Assembly (NCBI GenBank): GCA_018826905.1 | Contig: JAHJYC010000005.1 | Location: forward strand, 46,681 to 110,680 | Length of the DNA stretch: 64,000 bases | Reading direction: 5' to 3' | DNA from: Patescibacteria group bacterium | GTDB taxonomy: Bacteria; Patescibacteriota; Minisyncoccia; Phycocordibacterales; Phycocordibacteraceae | Part shown: one piece after another, positions 18,282 to 27,606 of the stretch | Position numbering within the stretch: the stretch's first letter is position 1 | Layout: each line of letters begins with the position of its first letter | Notes under the pieces: model-generated | What the model was told of the DNA's origin: nothing | What the model saw: only the letters and a program-made list of their open reading frames with translations | Database searches by the model: none | Program-made: the position numbers and the translations under genes

Positions 18282-19274
18282 ATGGACACTACCCCAATTA
18301 CAGAACAACCAGTCAGCGCAGCACCATCAAAGAAGCGTACCTACATAACAATTGCAGTTGGTTGTCTGCTTGCCGTCCTTGTTATCCTCGCTGCAACACT
18401 CATTCGTGTTGATGGCTTCAGTATGTTTGATCGGATTAGGGCAAGTATTGAGTTGCGCAACATACACGCAGTTGAAAGAAACTACACCTCTGTATCTGTG
18501 CAGCGTTTCGGAATCATGTCGTTGTCGCCAGTATCATTTGAGTCGCTCCCAGGTACATTGAGCGATTATGCGAGCGCAAAGGGAGTTGCTGTGGGTATCG
18601 TAACTCTTACCGATACGGGGGCGCAGGAGATTGTATTACTTAATTCTGAACAAGGCGCACTAACGGGAAGCGAAAGTGCGAAGGCGTCGCTCGCTGTCTC
18701 CTCTGACGGTTCTCTAATCGCATACGCTGCGCAAACAGATGGATCACAATCTTTCAATCCTCTCCTTTCTTCGTGGACAGTTCGTATCCTTAACCGTGAC
18801 ACTGGTTCTGATATTGAACTTGGTACTGGATTTGGCCCACAGTTTTTTGCAAGGGATGGGGTTACGTATCTGTTGTTCACGACTCCTGAGGGAATACAAG
18901 TTGTTGACACGAGTACAGCTGAGTACCGTGCATTCACTACTCCGTTTGAGTTGAATGACCGCATAGAATTCGCCGTTCGCGTTGCGCCAGACGGGTCATA
19001 CCTAGCAATGCGTGACTCTGTAACTCAACAGTTCAGTCTCTATGAGATTTATCGTGTAGCGGCAAACATGCCACTAGGTATTAATCCAACAGGTGCTGAT
19101 CTCGTGGGGCTTCTTGACGTTGCATTCGCCAATGGCTCAGTGTATGGCGTGGATTCACATGACGGAGGTATTGAAGGAGGAGTTGCCGTACTTCGGATAA
19201 ATCCAAAGAGTGCTGAGGAAGGGAAGCCGATGTATTTATTCCCCGCAACCACCGATTATCGGTTAATCCAATAA
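18282..19274 (+). CDS. Hypothetical N-terminally anchored protein with TolB-like (PD40) beta-propeller repeats.
   Basis: TM 'YITIAVGCLLAVLVILAATLI'. 'SSDGSLIAYAA...APDGSYLAMRD' repeats. Confidence 0.55.
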   Translation: MDTTPITEQPVSAAPSKKRTYITIAVGCLLAVLVILAATLIRVDGFSMFDRIRASIELRNIHAVERNYTSVSVQRFGIMSLSPVSFESLPGTLSDYASAKGVAVGIVTLTDTGAQEIVLLNSEQGALTGSESAKASLAVSSDGSLIAYAAQTDGSQSFNPLLSSWTVRILNRDTGSDIELGTGFGPQFFARDGVTYLLFTTPEGIQVVDTSTAEYRAFTTPFELNDRIEFAVRVAPDGSYLAMRDSVTQQFSLYEIYRVAANMPLGINPTGADLVGLLDVAFANGSVYGVDSHDGGIEGGVAVLRINPKSAEEGKPMYLFPATTDYRLIQ

Positions 19275-19278
19275 GCGT

Positions 19279-21558
19279 ATGACTTCTTCACGCAGCTTTC
19301 CATTGCATATAGCATTCCTAATAGCGTCATTGGTTGCTTTGAGTGGTTTCTTGATGCCGCTTACTACGCATGCGCTCCCTCCCTCAGAAGCTGAGATAGA
19401 TGATGGGGGAGATGGTGGAGGAGGAGGAGGTGGTGGAGATGAGGGATACACGACGCCAACAGTAAGTATCACAGCGTCTCCGTCTAGCATACAGAGCGGT
19501 TACTCTTCTCAACTAAGCTTTAACTCGTCAGGCGTAACACGGTGCGTAATTGATAATGGCATCGGTGCCGTGTCCTCAAATATTGGCGGCACGCGTGTAG
19601 TATCTCCGACTCAATCAACCACGTACAGAATTAGCTGTGATGCACCACTGGAAGTCGTTACCGATGAAGTGATTGTTAACGTGGCACCTGCGCCGACACC
19701 ACTCACTGCATACTGCGAAGCTGGTCCGGACACTGCACAAATCAATGAAACCGTGCAGTGGAGTGCGACCCATTCAACAGGCTCTTCATCTGGTCTTGTC
19801 TGGCAGCAAGGCGCTTCATTTACCACAAAGATCTGTTCAGGAGGACAAAATTACCAATCATTGAACAGAACGTGTTCTGACGATGTTATGAACGGAGACG
19901 CTTGTTCAGTTGAGGGTCAACGTTGTAGACAGAGTGCGGGTTGTGATGGAGATACCTATACAGATGGCGAAGGTCAGCCTAATGCACATACTCAGTACGG
20001 AAGTGTTACGCCCTTCACTTGCGTTGCTTCTGGTCCTAGTAATGCTACCTACTCCTACGCATGGACGGGAACAGATGGGCTCACTGGAGCAACACAAGCA
20101 GTTTCAAAGGCATATGCCACTGCTGGAGAGAAGACCGGCCGCGCGACGGTAACACGAAGTACTGGTGGGTCGGCAAGCGCAAGTTGTACGGCACAAATTA
20201 GTCCAAGGACTCCAACAGCAACGCTAACAGCAAACCCGTCGTCTATTACGGCTGGTTCTCCATCAACACTTACGTGGAGTTCAACAAATGCGAATGCCTG
20301 TACGTTGAACGAGAGTATTGGATCTGTGTCTACTTCTGGTACCCGCTCAGTTTCTCCAGGTTCAACAACAACGTACACACTCATGTGTACAGCACCTTCC
20401 ACAGCTGTGTCTGGTACATGGCAATACAGAGGAAGTGATATAAGCGACTTTGCTTGCGTGCAGCCTGGCAATAACATAACTGATACCAATAAGGCGTATT
20501 CAAGTGTTCCGAACTGTCCAAGCAACCCGCAAGGAAAGGCCTGTAGCACTACTGGGGCATGTAAAGTGAATACAGTTCAGGGCTGCAACATTCATACGGA
20601 TATCTATGAGTGTTCAGGCTCATCTTCAAGTCCCGCGCAGTCTGCTACAGCCTCTGCGACTGTAACTGTTACCGCAACACCAACGCTCCCAGATCTCACG
20701 GCAGGGAGCATCTCGCCAACAACAGCAAGAACTGGCCAAGCAACATCGCTCTCTGGGACAGTTACAAACATAGGAGGAGCTGTTGCACCCGCAAGCAATA
20801 CGTACTTCAGAATCTTGAATAGTGGAGGGAAGCAGGTGTATCAAAACACGGTAAATATACCGGCCGTACAACCTGGATCTGGTGATACACGCTCAATCGC
20901 GTACACCTTTACTGCAGAAGGAACGTATCAGGCACAAGTGTGTGGAGACTGGTTTGGATCAGTTACGGAATCAAATGAGGGTAACAACTGTGGTCCGCTC
21001 ACACCAATTAGTGTAACGAGCATCGTGAACGCGAATACTGTGTCTTGTTCAGTGAACAACACAAGCATCAACCCCGGCGGGTCAGTAACGTACTCGGCAA
21101 CTCCTTCAGGAAGCGCAACCAGTCCATATACTTGGGTTGCAAATGATGGAGCTACAGGGTTTGGGTCTGGTGCTACTGCAACCCGCACCTTCACTGCTGC
21201 AGGTAACTACGGCATGCAAGTATCAGCCACAGGCGCCACAGCCCCTGCACAATGCCCGGTAGTCTCTGTTGCCGCGTGTGTAGGAACACCGACCGCTGAA
21301 ATAACAGCCACTCCAGCTCGTGTACGTTCAGGAGGTACAACTACTCTTAGATGGACGGCAAGTGCCATTAACACCTCGTGTACTATCACAGGCCCCGGTG
21401 TGTCCCAAACAGTATCCGCTGCCTCGTGTACCGTGCCGGAGGGAACAACTGGATCAGGAACCATTACAACCCAAAGCACCTATACAATTAGCTGCGACAA
21501 TGGGGAAATCACAGACTCCATTATCGTGAACGTTATTCCTGAGTTTGAGGAGTTTTAA
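19279..21558 (+). CDS. Secreted surface protein, a paralog of 16434..18272. It has a poly-Gly/Asp tract, three Ig-like Cys-pair domains, a Cys-rich central region and a C-terminal CARDB + Ig module ending IPEFEEF.
   Basis: Signal peptide. 'DDGGDGGGGGGGGDEG'. The C-terminal 290 aa are ~90% identical to the 16434 ORF. 759 aa. Confidence 0.75.
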   Translation: MTSSRSFPLHIAFLIASLVALSGFLMPLTTHALPPSEAEIDDGGDGGGGGGGGDEGYTTPTVSITASPSSIQSGYSSQLSFNSSGVTRCVIDNGIGAVSSNIGGTRVVSPTQSTTYRISCDAPLEVVTDEVIVNVAPAPTPLTAYCEAGPDTAQINETVQWSATHSTGSSSGLVWQQGASFTTKICSGGQNYQSLNRTCSDDVMNGDACSVEGQRCRQSAGCDGDTYTDGEGQPNAHTQYGSVTPFTCVASGPSNATYSYAWTGTDGLTGATQAVSKAYATAGEKTGRATVTRSTGGSASASCTAQISPRTPTATLTANPSSITAGSPSTLTWSSTNANACTLNESIGSVSTSGTRSVSPGSTTTYTLMCTAPSTAVSGTWQYRGSDISDFACVQPGNNITDTNKAYSSVPNCPSNPQGKACSTTGACKVNTVQGCNIHTDIYECSGSSSSPAQSATASATVTVTATPTLPDLTAGSISPTTARTGQATSLSGTVTNIGGAVAPASNTYFRILNSGGKQVYQNTVNIPAVQPGSGDTRSIAYTFTAEGTYQAQVCGDWFGSVTESNEGNNCGPLTPISVTSIVNANTVSCSVNNTSINPGGSVTYSATPSGSATSPYTWVANDGATGFGSGATATRTFTAAGNYGMQVSATGATAPAQCPVVSVAACVGTPTAEITATPARVRSGGTTTLRWTASAINTSCTITGPGVSQTVSAASCTVPEGTTGSGTITTQSTYTISCDNGEITDSIIVNVIPEFEEF
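20689..21558 (+). repeat. Copy B of the ~870-bp duplicated module.
   Basis: See 17406..18272. Confidence 0.85.
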
Positions 21559-21581
21559 GCTCAGAGGATAGGAGTACTAAG

Positions 21582-21614
21582 TCAGCCGCCCGCACAGGCG
21601 GTTGCTTGGTTTTA
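21582..21614 (+). terminator. Probable rho-independent terminator.
   Basis: 'cagccgcccgcacaggcggttgcttggtttta', a GC stem with one mismatch followed by a T-rich tail. Confidence 0.5.
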
Positions 21615-21639
21615 CGAGCTCTGGTATAGTCACAGAACT

Positions 21640-21894
21640 ATGAAAAAGGATATCCACCCAGCCGAGTACCGCACTGTTCTCTTTGAGGACATGTCTTCTG
21701 GTGCGCAGTTTTTGGTTGGTTCAACCATCCGGACAGATCAGACCGGCACGTATGAAGGGAAGGAATACCCTAAGTACGTGATTGAAATTTCAAGCCAGTC
21801 TCACCCATTTTATACTGGTGAGGATCGTACGCTTGATAAAACAGGACGTGTTGAACGCTTTAAGCAGCGGGTTGCTGCAGCTAAGAAGAAATAA
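21640..21894 (+). CDS. rpmE: 50S ribosomal protein L31, type B (zinc-independent YkgM-like form, no CxxC).
   Basis: 'MKKDIHPAEYRTVLFEDMSSGAQFLVGSTIRTD...ISSQSHPFYTG', close to type-B L31 (MKPNIHPEYRTVVFHD...SSKSHPFYTG). Confidence 0.85.
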   Translation: MKKDIHPAEYRTVLFEDMSSGAQFLVGSTIRTDQTGTYEGKEYPKYVIEISSQSHPFYTGEDRTLDKTGRVERFKQRVAAAKKK

Positions 21895-21905
21895 GCTGGT
21901 GTGAT

Positions 21906-21945
21906 GAAGGCCCCGCCCACTGGCGGGGCCTTCATACGTTATTAT
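21906..21945 (+). terminator. Hairpin terminator/attenuator between rpmE and prfA.
   Basis: Perfect 12-bp inverted repeat 'gaaggccccgcc cact ggcggggccttc', followed by a moderately T-rich tail. Confidence 0.6.
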
Positions 21946-21951
21946 TACCCT

Positions 21952-22905
21952 ATGGAATACTCTCCAGAGTTTAAACAAAATCATCAAACAGCATATTTGG
22001 CTGAAGAATATGAGCGCTTGGAAAAAGAGCGTGCAGAGGGCCGTGAAGCTGCGGGCGGGGATGAACTGCTCCTTGAAATGGTTGCGGAAGACGAGGAGCG
22101 AATAGCAACACGTCAGCAAGAGATCCTTAAGGAGATTGAGCAGATTTTGGATAAAGACAAAGAGGAGGCTGCGCGTCCCAAAGCTATTGTGCTTGAATTT
22201 CGGGCAGGAGCCGGAGGAGACGAAGCAACGCTTTTTGCTCAAGAGCTAAAGGAAATGTATTTGAAATATGCAGAAGGGAAACGATGGCGTGTTCGTACTA
22301 TTGATGAGCTGACGCTTGAAATAGACGGAGCAGATGCATATGACGCGCTTCGGTACGAGACGGGCGTGCATCGTGTGCAGCGCGTCCCTATAACTGAGAA
22401 GTCAGGACGTATTCACACATCTACCTCTTCGGTAGCAGCGCTTCCTATACGCACAAAGCCTGTTGTTGAGATTAACCCTTCAGATATTGAAATGGAGTTC
22501 ACTCGCTCAGGAGGAGCGGGAGGGCAGAACGTAAACAAGGTAGAGACCGCAGTACGTCTCATACATATTCCTTCAGGGATTGATGTACGTTCCTCAAGCG
22601 AACGAAGCCAGCTTGGGAACCGAGAGAAAGCTATGGGTATCTTGGCGGCGAAGCTTGAAGCTATTGCTATTGAAGAAGAGGCGAAGAAGCACGCGGATCT
22701 TAGAGCTGGCCAAATAGGGACAGGAGATCGTTCAGAGAAGATTCGTACTTACAATTTCCTTCAGGATCGCGTTACTGACCACAGAATTAAGGAGAGTTGG
22801 CACAATCTTCCAAAGATTTTGCAGGGGGGAATTGACCCAATTATTGAGGCCCTTAAGCAGGCTGCCCTAGAGGGCGGGATAGGTGCCGCTGAGGAGGGTG
22901 ATTGA
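21952..22905 (+). CDS. prfA: Peptide chain release factor 1.
   Basis: GGQ motif '[18 protein letters not shown]'. The RF1-type '[17 protein letters not shown]' (PxT) region. The start was set at ATG 21952, downstream of the hairpin. Confidence 0.85.
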   Translation: MEYSPEFKQNHQTAYLAEEYERLEKERAEGREAAGGDELLLEMVAEDEERIATRQQEILKEIEQILDKDKEEAARPKAIVLEFRAGAGGDEATLFAQELKEMYLKYAEGKRWRVRTIDELTLEIDGADAYDALRYETGVHRVQRVPITEKSGRIHTSTSSVAALPIRTKPVVEINPSDIEMEFTRSGGAGGQNVNKVETAVRLIHIPSGIDVRSSSERSQLGNREKAMGILAAKLEAIAIEEEAKKHADLRAGQIGTGDRSEKIRTYNFLQDRVTDHRIKESWHNLPKILQGGIDPIIEALKQAALEGGIGAAEEGD

Positions 22906-22939
22906 AAGCCAGAACAGCCTGTGATATCCTTCTAAAATC

Positions 22940-23650
22940 ATGACTGAAGCAACTAAAACCGGGCAAACCGGACCGGGTGTTGAACGCCTGTTTGGTGCTG
23001 GTGCACACTTTGCGCAAGTAAAGAGTCGTCGCCACCCAACCATGCGTTCCTTTGTGCTAGGAAACAAGGCAAATCTTGAGATCTTTGATCTCCAGAAGAC
23101 AGACGCACAGCTTGCAAAGGCTAAGGAGGTTATGGCAACGCTTGCTCGCGACGGGAAGGTTGTCCTTATTGTTGGAGGAAAGCGTGAAGCATCTGATGCT
23201 GTTAAGGCAACTGGAAAGCGCCTCGGTATTCCGTATGTTGCTGGACGTTGGCTTGGGGGCACTATCTCAAACTTCACCGAGATCAAGAAGCGCATTGACC
23301 GTCTTGCTGATCTCTCAGAGAAGCGCGATACAGGAGAGCTTGCAAAGCTCTATACGAAGCTTGAGCGCGTACGTATTGATCGGGAGATTGATAAGCTCAC
23401 CCTCCGCCTTTCAGGCCTAGGAAGCCTTGCTCGCCGTCCTGACGCGATGATTATTGTTGATACTCGCCACGAGGCACACGCGTCTCGCGAAGCGAAGTCA
23501 GCAGGCATTCCTGTTATTGGCATCATGAGCTCGGACTGCAATCTTAAGGATGCAGCATACCCAATCGTAGTAAACGATGCGTCTCGTTCAGTTATTGACC
23601 TCGTGCTTAATGAGCTTGCAGAGGCGTACGAGGCTGGGCTCAAAGGGTAA
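22940..23650 (+). CDS. rpsB: 30S ribosomal protein S2.
   Basis: 'GAHFAQVKSRRHPTMRSFVLG...NLEIFDLQKT' S2 N-terminal signature. 236 aa. Confidence 0.9.
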   Translation: MTEATKTGQTGPGVERLFGAGAHFAQVKSRRHPTMRSFVLGNKANLEIFDLQKTDAQLAKAKEVMATLARDGKVVLIVGGKREASDAVKATGKRLGIPYVAGRWLGGTISNFTEIKKRIDRLADLSEKRDTGELAKLYTKLERVRIDREIDKLTLRLSGLGSLARRPDAMIIVDTRHEAHASREAKSAGIPVIGIMSSDCNLKDAAYPIVVNDASRSVIDLVLNELAEAYEAGLKG

Positions 23651-23689
23651 CCTTAAGGTCTCTTTACTTATTGAATAACAGTACCTGTC

Positions 23690-24271
23690 ATGGATATTTC
23701 TATTGATATCGTTAAGGAGCTTCGTGACCGCACCGGCGTGTCTATTATGCAGTGCCGCAAGGCCCTGGAAGAGGCTGAGGGAGATATGGACAAAGCAGAA
23801 GTGATTCTACGAAAGCGCTCAGGAGCTGCAGCAGACAAGAAGGCAGACCGAGAGCTCGGTGCAGGTGCTATTGGAAGCTACGTACATGACGGGGCTGTTG
23901 GTGCTATGGTGCTTCTTTCTTCTGAAACAGATTTCGTATCAAAGAATGACGAGTTTGCAGCACTCGCTCGCGATATTGCAATGCACGTCGCTGCTGCAAA
24001 CCCTACCTACCTCAGTGACGAGGATATCTCTCCAGAGGCCAAGGATGCAGCACACGCAGTGTTTGTTGAGGAGGTGAAGGATAAGCCAGCTGAAATGCAG
24101 GAGAAAATTCTTGAAGGAAAGATGGCAAGCTATTTCCGTGATCAGGTGCTCCTCGCACAGCCGTTCATCAAAGACGAGAACAAGACGATTCGCGATCTTT
24201 TGAATGAAGCTGCACAAAAGTTTGGAGAGCGTGTTGAGATCTCAAAGTTCGCTCGCTTCTCTTCTAGATAG
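23690..24271 (+). CDS. tsf: Elongation factor Ts (short form).
   Basis: 'VKELRDRTGVSIMQCRKALEEAEGDMDKAEVILRKRS' UBA-like N-terminus. It follows rpsB, matching the conserved rpsB-tsf order. Confidence 0.85.
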   Translation: MDISIDIVKELRDRTGVSIMQCRKALEEAEGDMDKAEVILRKRSGAAADKKADRELGAGAIGSYVHDGAVGAMVLLSSETDFVSKNDEFAALARDIAMHVAAANPTYLSDEDISPEAKDAAHAVFVEEVKDKPAEMQEKILEGKMASYFRDQVLLAQPFIKDENKTIRDLLNEAAQKFGERVEISKFARFSSR

Positions 24272-24275
24272 CAGC

Positions 24276-24304
24276 AAGAGCGGCGGGTGCCGCTCTTTCT
24301 CTCT
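24276..24304 (+). terminator. Rho-independent terminator after tsf.
   Basis: 'aagagcggc gggtg ccgctctt tctctct'. Confidence 0.6.
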
Positions 24305-24715
24305 ATGACCTACCTTATTATCATCGGAATCTCACTTACTCTCTTCGGCGGGTTTCTTCTTCTCACTGTTTTTGAGAAGAGTCGTGGACTACGTGTTGCT
24401 GGAAGGGTGCGCAACTATCTTGATGCGAGAACATCACGAACGCTATTCATTGTGTCGCATGTTGATTGGAGTGCGTTTATAAAGCATCTTGTTGTATCAG
24501 GAACTGAGCGAGTCGCTCATGACGTGGCGCACGCAGTGCTAAGTGTTGTGCGCACTATTGAGCGCCTTCTTACAAGAGCAGTTAAGAAACTGCGTGAACG
24601 CAGGGGAGTGTCTGCTCCACTTGAGGACACTTCAGAGAGCAAGCTCTTTGAGAGAATGCTTCTGCGTATGCGACGCACACTGCGAAGTACGCGTGGCTTG
24701 AAGAAAGAGGACTAG
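24305..24715 (+). CDS. Hypothetical membrane protein (N-terminal TM helix, Arg-rich C-terminus).
   Basis: ORF-track 24287..24715. The start was moved to ATG 24305 to clear the terminator. Confidence 0.4.
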   Translation: MTYLIIIGISLTLFGGFLLLTVFEKSRGLRVAGRVRNYLDARTSRTLFIVSHVDWSAFIKHLVVSGTERVAHDVAHAVLSVVRTIERLLTRAVKKLRERRGVSAPLEDTSESKLFERMLLRMRRTLRSTRGLKKED

Positions 24716-24739
24716 AGTGTTAAAAAGGAGGAACCAAGT

Positions 24740-24815
24740 GCCGGGATAGCTCAGTTGGTAGAGCAACGGTTTTGTAAACCGTAGGTCGCGAGTTCAAGCC
24801 TCGCTCCCGGCTCCA
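24740..24815 (+). tRNA. tRNA-Thr (anticodon UGU), with an encoded CCA end.
   Basis: Manual cloverleaf: acceptor GCCGGGA/TCCCGGC, D-arm GCTC-AGTTGGTA-GAGC, anticodon stem ACGGT/ACCGT with loop TTTGTAA, T-arm GCGAG-TTCAAGC-CTCGC, 3' TCCA. Confidence 0.85.
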
Positions 24816-24854
24816 AAAAAACACCCGCCCTGTTATGGGCGGGTGTTTTGTTTG
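24816..24854. terminator. Bidirectional terminator, with an A-tract, hairpin and T-tract, between the tRNA and a convergent minus-strand gene.
   Basis: 'aaaaaaacacccgccctgttatgggcgggtgttttgtttg'. Confidence 0.75.
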
Positions 24855-24861
24855 TATACGG

Positions 24862-25539
24862 CTATCTCTTTGTACTTGTTGCGGTTGAGGTTGCGAACAG
24901 TTCTTCTGGGAATAGTCCTTGGAAGCTCTCAAGATCAGTAAACCCATAGGAACGCTCTCCGTTAATCACGAACGCAGGCAATTTATTCTCAATCTTTTCA
25001 ACGGCAACAAGTGTTTTCAGTGCTCCTAGGTCTAGGTTGTAGTCAAAGGAATAAACGCGCAAAGACGGATACGTCTGACGGAGATACGACAGCGCGTATC
25101 CTGCACGATCACAGTTTTCACACTTTCCTTCTATGTTGGAATAGAAGTATAGAGCAGTTATAGGCTCAATATCGCAGGTAGCGGCAAGACGCTTTGTGAG
25201 TAGGTAGTCTCTGATTTGAAGCAGGGTGTACTGCTTCTTAAGCCGAAGCACTTCTGCATTCGTGCTCCCAAGACGACTCTCTGCTGCATCAAGACGGTCT
25301 CCAAGGCTAGAAACCTCTTGGGTAAGTTGTGTCCCTACAGACAAGTCCTCGCAAGGAGCCTCTTCAAGAAGAGAGAACTGAGTTTCTAGAGAAAGTGTAT
25401 CTGTTGCAAGTTGCGTCTGAAGCGCATCAAGTTCACGAATACGCTCCTGGTCTAGTTGATGAATGGTGAAAACAATAGTGCCAAGGATGGCAATGGTGAT
25501 CAAGAGAGCAAAGAGGGCGTTGCGAGCTGGGAGTGGCAT
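24862..25539 (-). CDS. Membrane-anchored coiled-coil protein with a C-terminal thioredoxin/glutaredoxin-like CxxC domain.
   Basis: N-terminal TM helix. A coiled coil. 'KCENCDRAGY...LPAFVINGERSYG', a CxxC motif followed by a Grx-like segment. Confidence 0.5.
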   Translation of the reverse strand: MPLPARNALFALLITIAILGTIVFTIHQLDQERIRELDALQTQLATDTLSLETQFSLLEEAPCEDLSVGTQLTQEVSSLGDRLDAAESRLGSTNAEVLRLKKQYTLLQIRDYLLTKRLAATCDIEPITALYFYSNIEGKCENCDRAGYALSYLRQTYPSLRVYSFDYNLDLGALKTLVAVEKIENKLPAFVINGERSYGFTDLESFQGLFPEELFATSTATSTKR

Positions 25540-25561
25540 ATAAAGAGATAAGGATTACGTA

Positions 25562-26800
25562 TTAGCGCCATGCTCGGCGCCTTCCGGTGAGTACATCAAA
25601 TAGTGCTCGTAGGAGCCAGAAAGGTGCGATGAGCGCATACACAAAAGTATAGCCAATAATGCCCAAAAACACCTTAGCAGGAGTTTGTGAGACGTTCCGT
25701 CCTATAAGGACAAGTGAGATTGAAAGCACTCCTACAACGACACTAGAGAGAAGAAGGAAGGTGATGGGAGTATAGAACCATTCGGGAGAGAAGCGGGGAA
25801 CCAATGTGTATGAGAGCGGTACTCCGCTTGTAATAATGATTCGCTCTACGATACCCACAACACCTGCCACGAGCGCTACTACAAAGAGGAATACACCGCC
25901 TACAATGGCAACGAATCCAAGAGGGAGGACCATGAGTCCTAGAATGCCGTAGTGGGGGTTTCCAACAAGATCGCGATAGTCAGTCATAACATTGCGTAGG
26001 AATCCAGTGGTCCAGCGCGTACGTTGCTTTACGAGCTTAGGGACTGAACGGGGTACACGAGTAAACACACGAGCGCGAGGAGCGTTCTCAATCTCATACC
26101 CCGCTCGTTGCATACGCAGTGCCATCTCCATGTCTTCAGCTTGGTGTGCGTGACGGAACCCTCCCAACTCATCAATAACGCTGCGTCTATAAAAGGAGAA
26201 AGGACCAGGAGTTACGTAGATACCGTTTACTGCTGAAAGTGTATGGCGCAGTGCGATGCCAATGATGTACTCAGTGTTCTGCATCTGTTCAAGAAAATTC
26301 TTCGGTTGGTGTACAGACATTGCTGGTGTGGCAGCAGCAACCTTCTCATCAAAGAAGCAGGGGATGATCTCCTTAAGGGCGTTCGGTGCAACAAAGGAAT
26401 CCGCATCAAGACATCCGATGAACTCAGCATCCTCAGCAAGTGCAATTCCTGCATTAATTGCGGTGTGCTTTCCTTCATTCTTCTTGTGAAGCACCGTTAC
26501 CTGAGGTGCGCTCGTGTATGAATCCATAACAACACGGGTGTTGTCTGTGGACCCGTCATCCACGAGGATAATCTGAAGCTTGTCAGAAGGGTATTCAAGA
26601 GCAAGGAGAGACTCCACGGTCCCCCCGATAGTATCCTCCTCGTTCCAGCAGGGTACGATAATTGCCACCCTCGGCGTCTCTTCTGTGGCTTTACGCTGCC
26701 TGCGTTCCTTTGCTGCTGGAGACAGAAACGTGAGGAGCATAAAGACCTCAAAATAGAGACCAAGAAAGATGAACGGATACGCAAGTATCTCAAAAGACAT
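25562..26800 (-). CDS. Family 2 glycosyltransferase. It is a processive membrane synthase type (QxxRW), like cellulose / chitin / PNAG synthases.
   Basis: 'IIVPCWNEEDTIGGTVESL...ILVDDGSTDNT' GT-A DxD region. 'QRTRWTTG' QxxRW motif. Flanking TM helices. Confidence 0.8.
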   Translation of the reverse strand: MSFEILAYPFIFLGLYFEVFMLLTFLSPAAKERRQRKATEETPRVAIIVPCWNEEDTIGGTVESLLALEYPSDKLQIILVDDGSTDNTRVVMDSYTSAPQVTVLHKKNEGKHTAINAGIALAEDAEFIGCLDADSFVAPNALKEIIPCFFDEKVAAATPAMSVHQPKNFLEQMQNTEYIIGIALRHTLSAVNGIYVTPGPFSFYRRSVIDELGGFRHAHQAEDMEMALRMQRAGYEIENAPRARVFTRVPRSVPKLVKQRTRWTTGFLRNVMTDYRDLVGNPHYGILGLMVLPLGFVAIVGGVFLFVVALVAGVVGIVERIIITSGVPLSYTLVPRFSPEWFYTPITFLLLSSVVVGVLSISLVLIGRNVSQTPAKVFLGIIGYTFVYALIAPFWLLRALFDVLTGRRRAWR

Positions 26801-26872
26801 ATAAGCCAGATTTCCCTAAAGTATAGCAAATATGCCTGTTTTTTACACGAGAGCGCTGTATACTAGGTAGCA

Positions 26873-27604
26873 ATGCCTCCAGGTCGCCTGCACCCGCTAT
26901 CAGTCGCCATTCGCGATATTGCCTCAATCTTCGGACGGATGGGCTTTTCCGTTGCCTATGGGCCTGAGCTTGAAGACGAGCACTACAACTTCAATGTATT
27001 AAACATTCCTGCTGATCACCCCGCTCGGGACATGCAGGATACTTTTTGGACGAAGGAAAGCCCGCGACGTGTTCCTCGTACACAAACAAGTCCTGTCCAG
27101 GTGCGGTACATGGAGGAGAAGATTGCACAAAATATTCTTCCACCGTATCGCATCATTGTGCCCGGCAAGGTGTTCCGCAACGAAGCGACTGACGCAACAC
27201 ATGAAGCACAGTTCTATCAGAATGAAGGACTAGTTGTAGGAAAGGGAATTACTCTCGCACACTTAAAAGGAACACTTGAACAGTTCTTTAAGGAATATTT
27301 GTCTGAGGGAGCGCGAGTTCGTTTCCGTCCAAGTTTTTTTCCTTTTACTGAGCCCTCAGTTGAAGTAGATGTATGGTTTGAGGCACAAGGGAAACCGGGA
27401 CGATGGCTTGAAGTTATGGGAGCGGGTATGGTGCACCCTTCTGTACTCAGGAATGCAGGAATAGACCCAACTGAGTACCAAGGGTTTGCTTTCGGGGGAG
27501 GAGTGGAGCGTTTGATTATGGTTAAGTACGGAGTAGATGATATTCGCGGATTCCATGGTGGCGATATTCGCTTTGTCTATGGGTTTGATGAGACAAAAGT
27601 ATAG
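26873..27604 (+). CDS. pheS: Phenylalanine--tRNA ligase alpha subunit (short form lacking the N-terminal helical domain).
   Basis: 'FPFTEPSVEVDVWF...GAGMVHP...FAFGGGVERL' class-II aaRS motifs 2 and 3. 243 aa. Confidence 0.85.
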   Translation: MPPGRLHPLSVAIRDIASIFGRMGFSVAYGPELEDEHYNFNVLNIPADHPARDMQDTFWTKESPRRVPRTQTSPVQVRYMEEKIAQNILPPYRIIVPGKVFRNEATDATHEAQFYQNEGLVVGKGITLAHLKGTLEQFFKEYLSEGARVRFRPSFFPFTEPSVEVDVWFEAQGKPGRWLEVMGAGMVHPSVLRNAGIDPTEYQGFAFGGGVERLIMVKYGVDDIRGFHGGDIRFVYGFDETKV

Positions 27605-27606
27605 TT

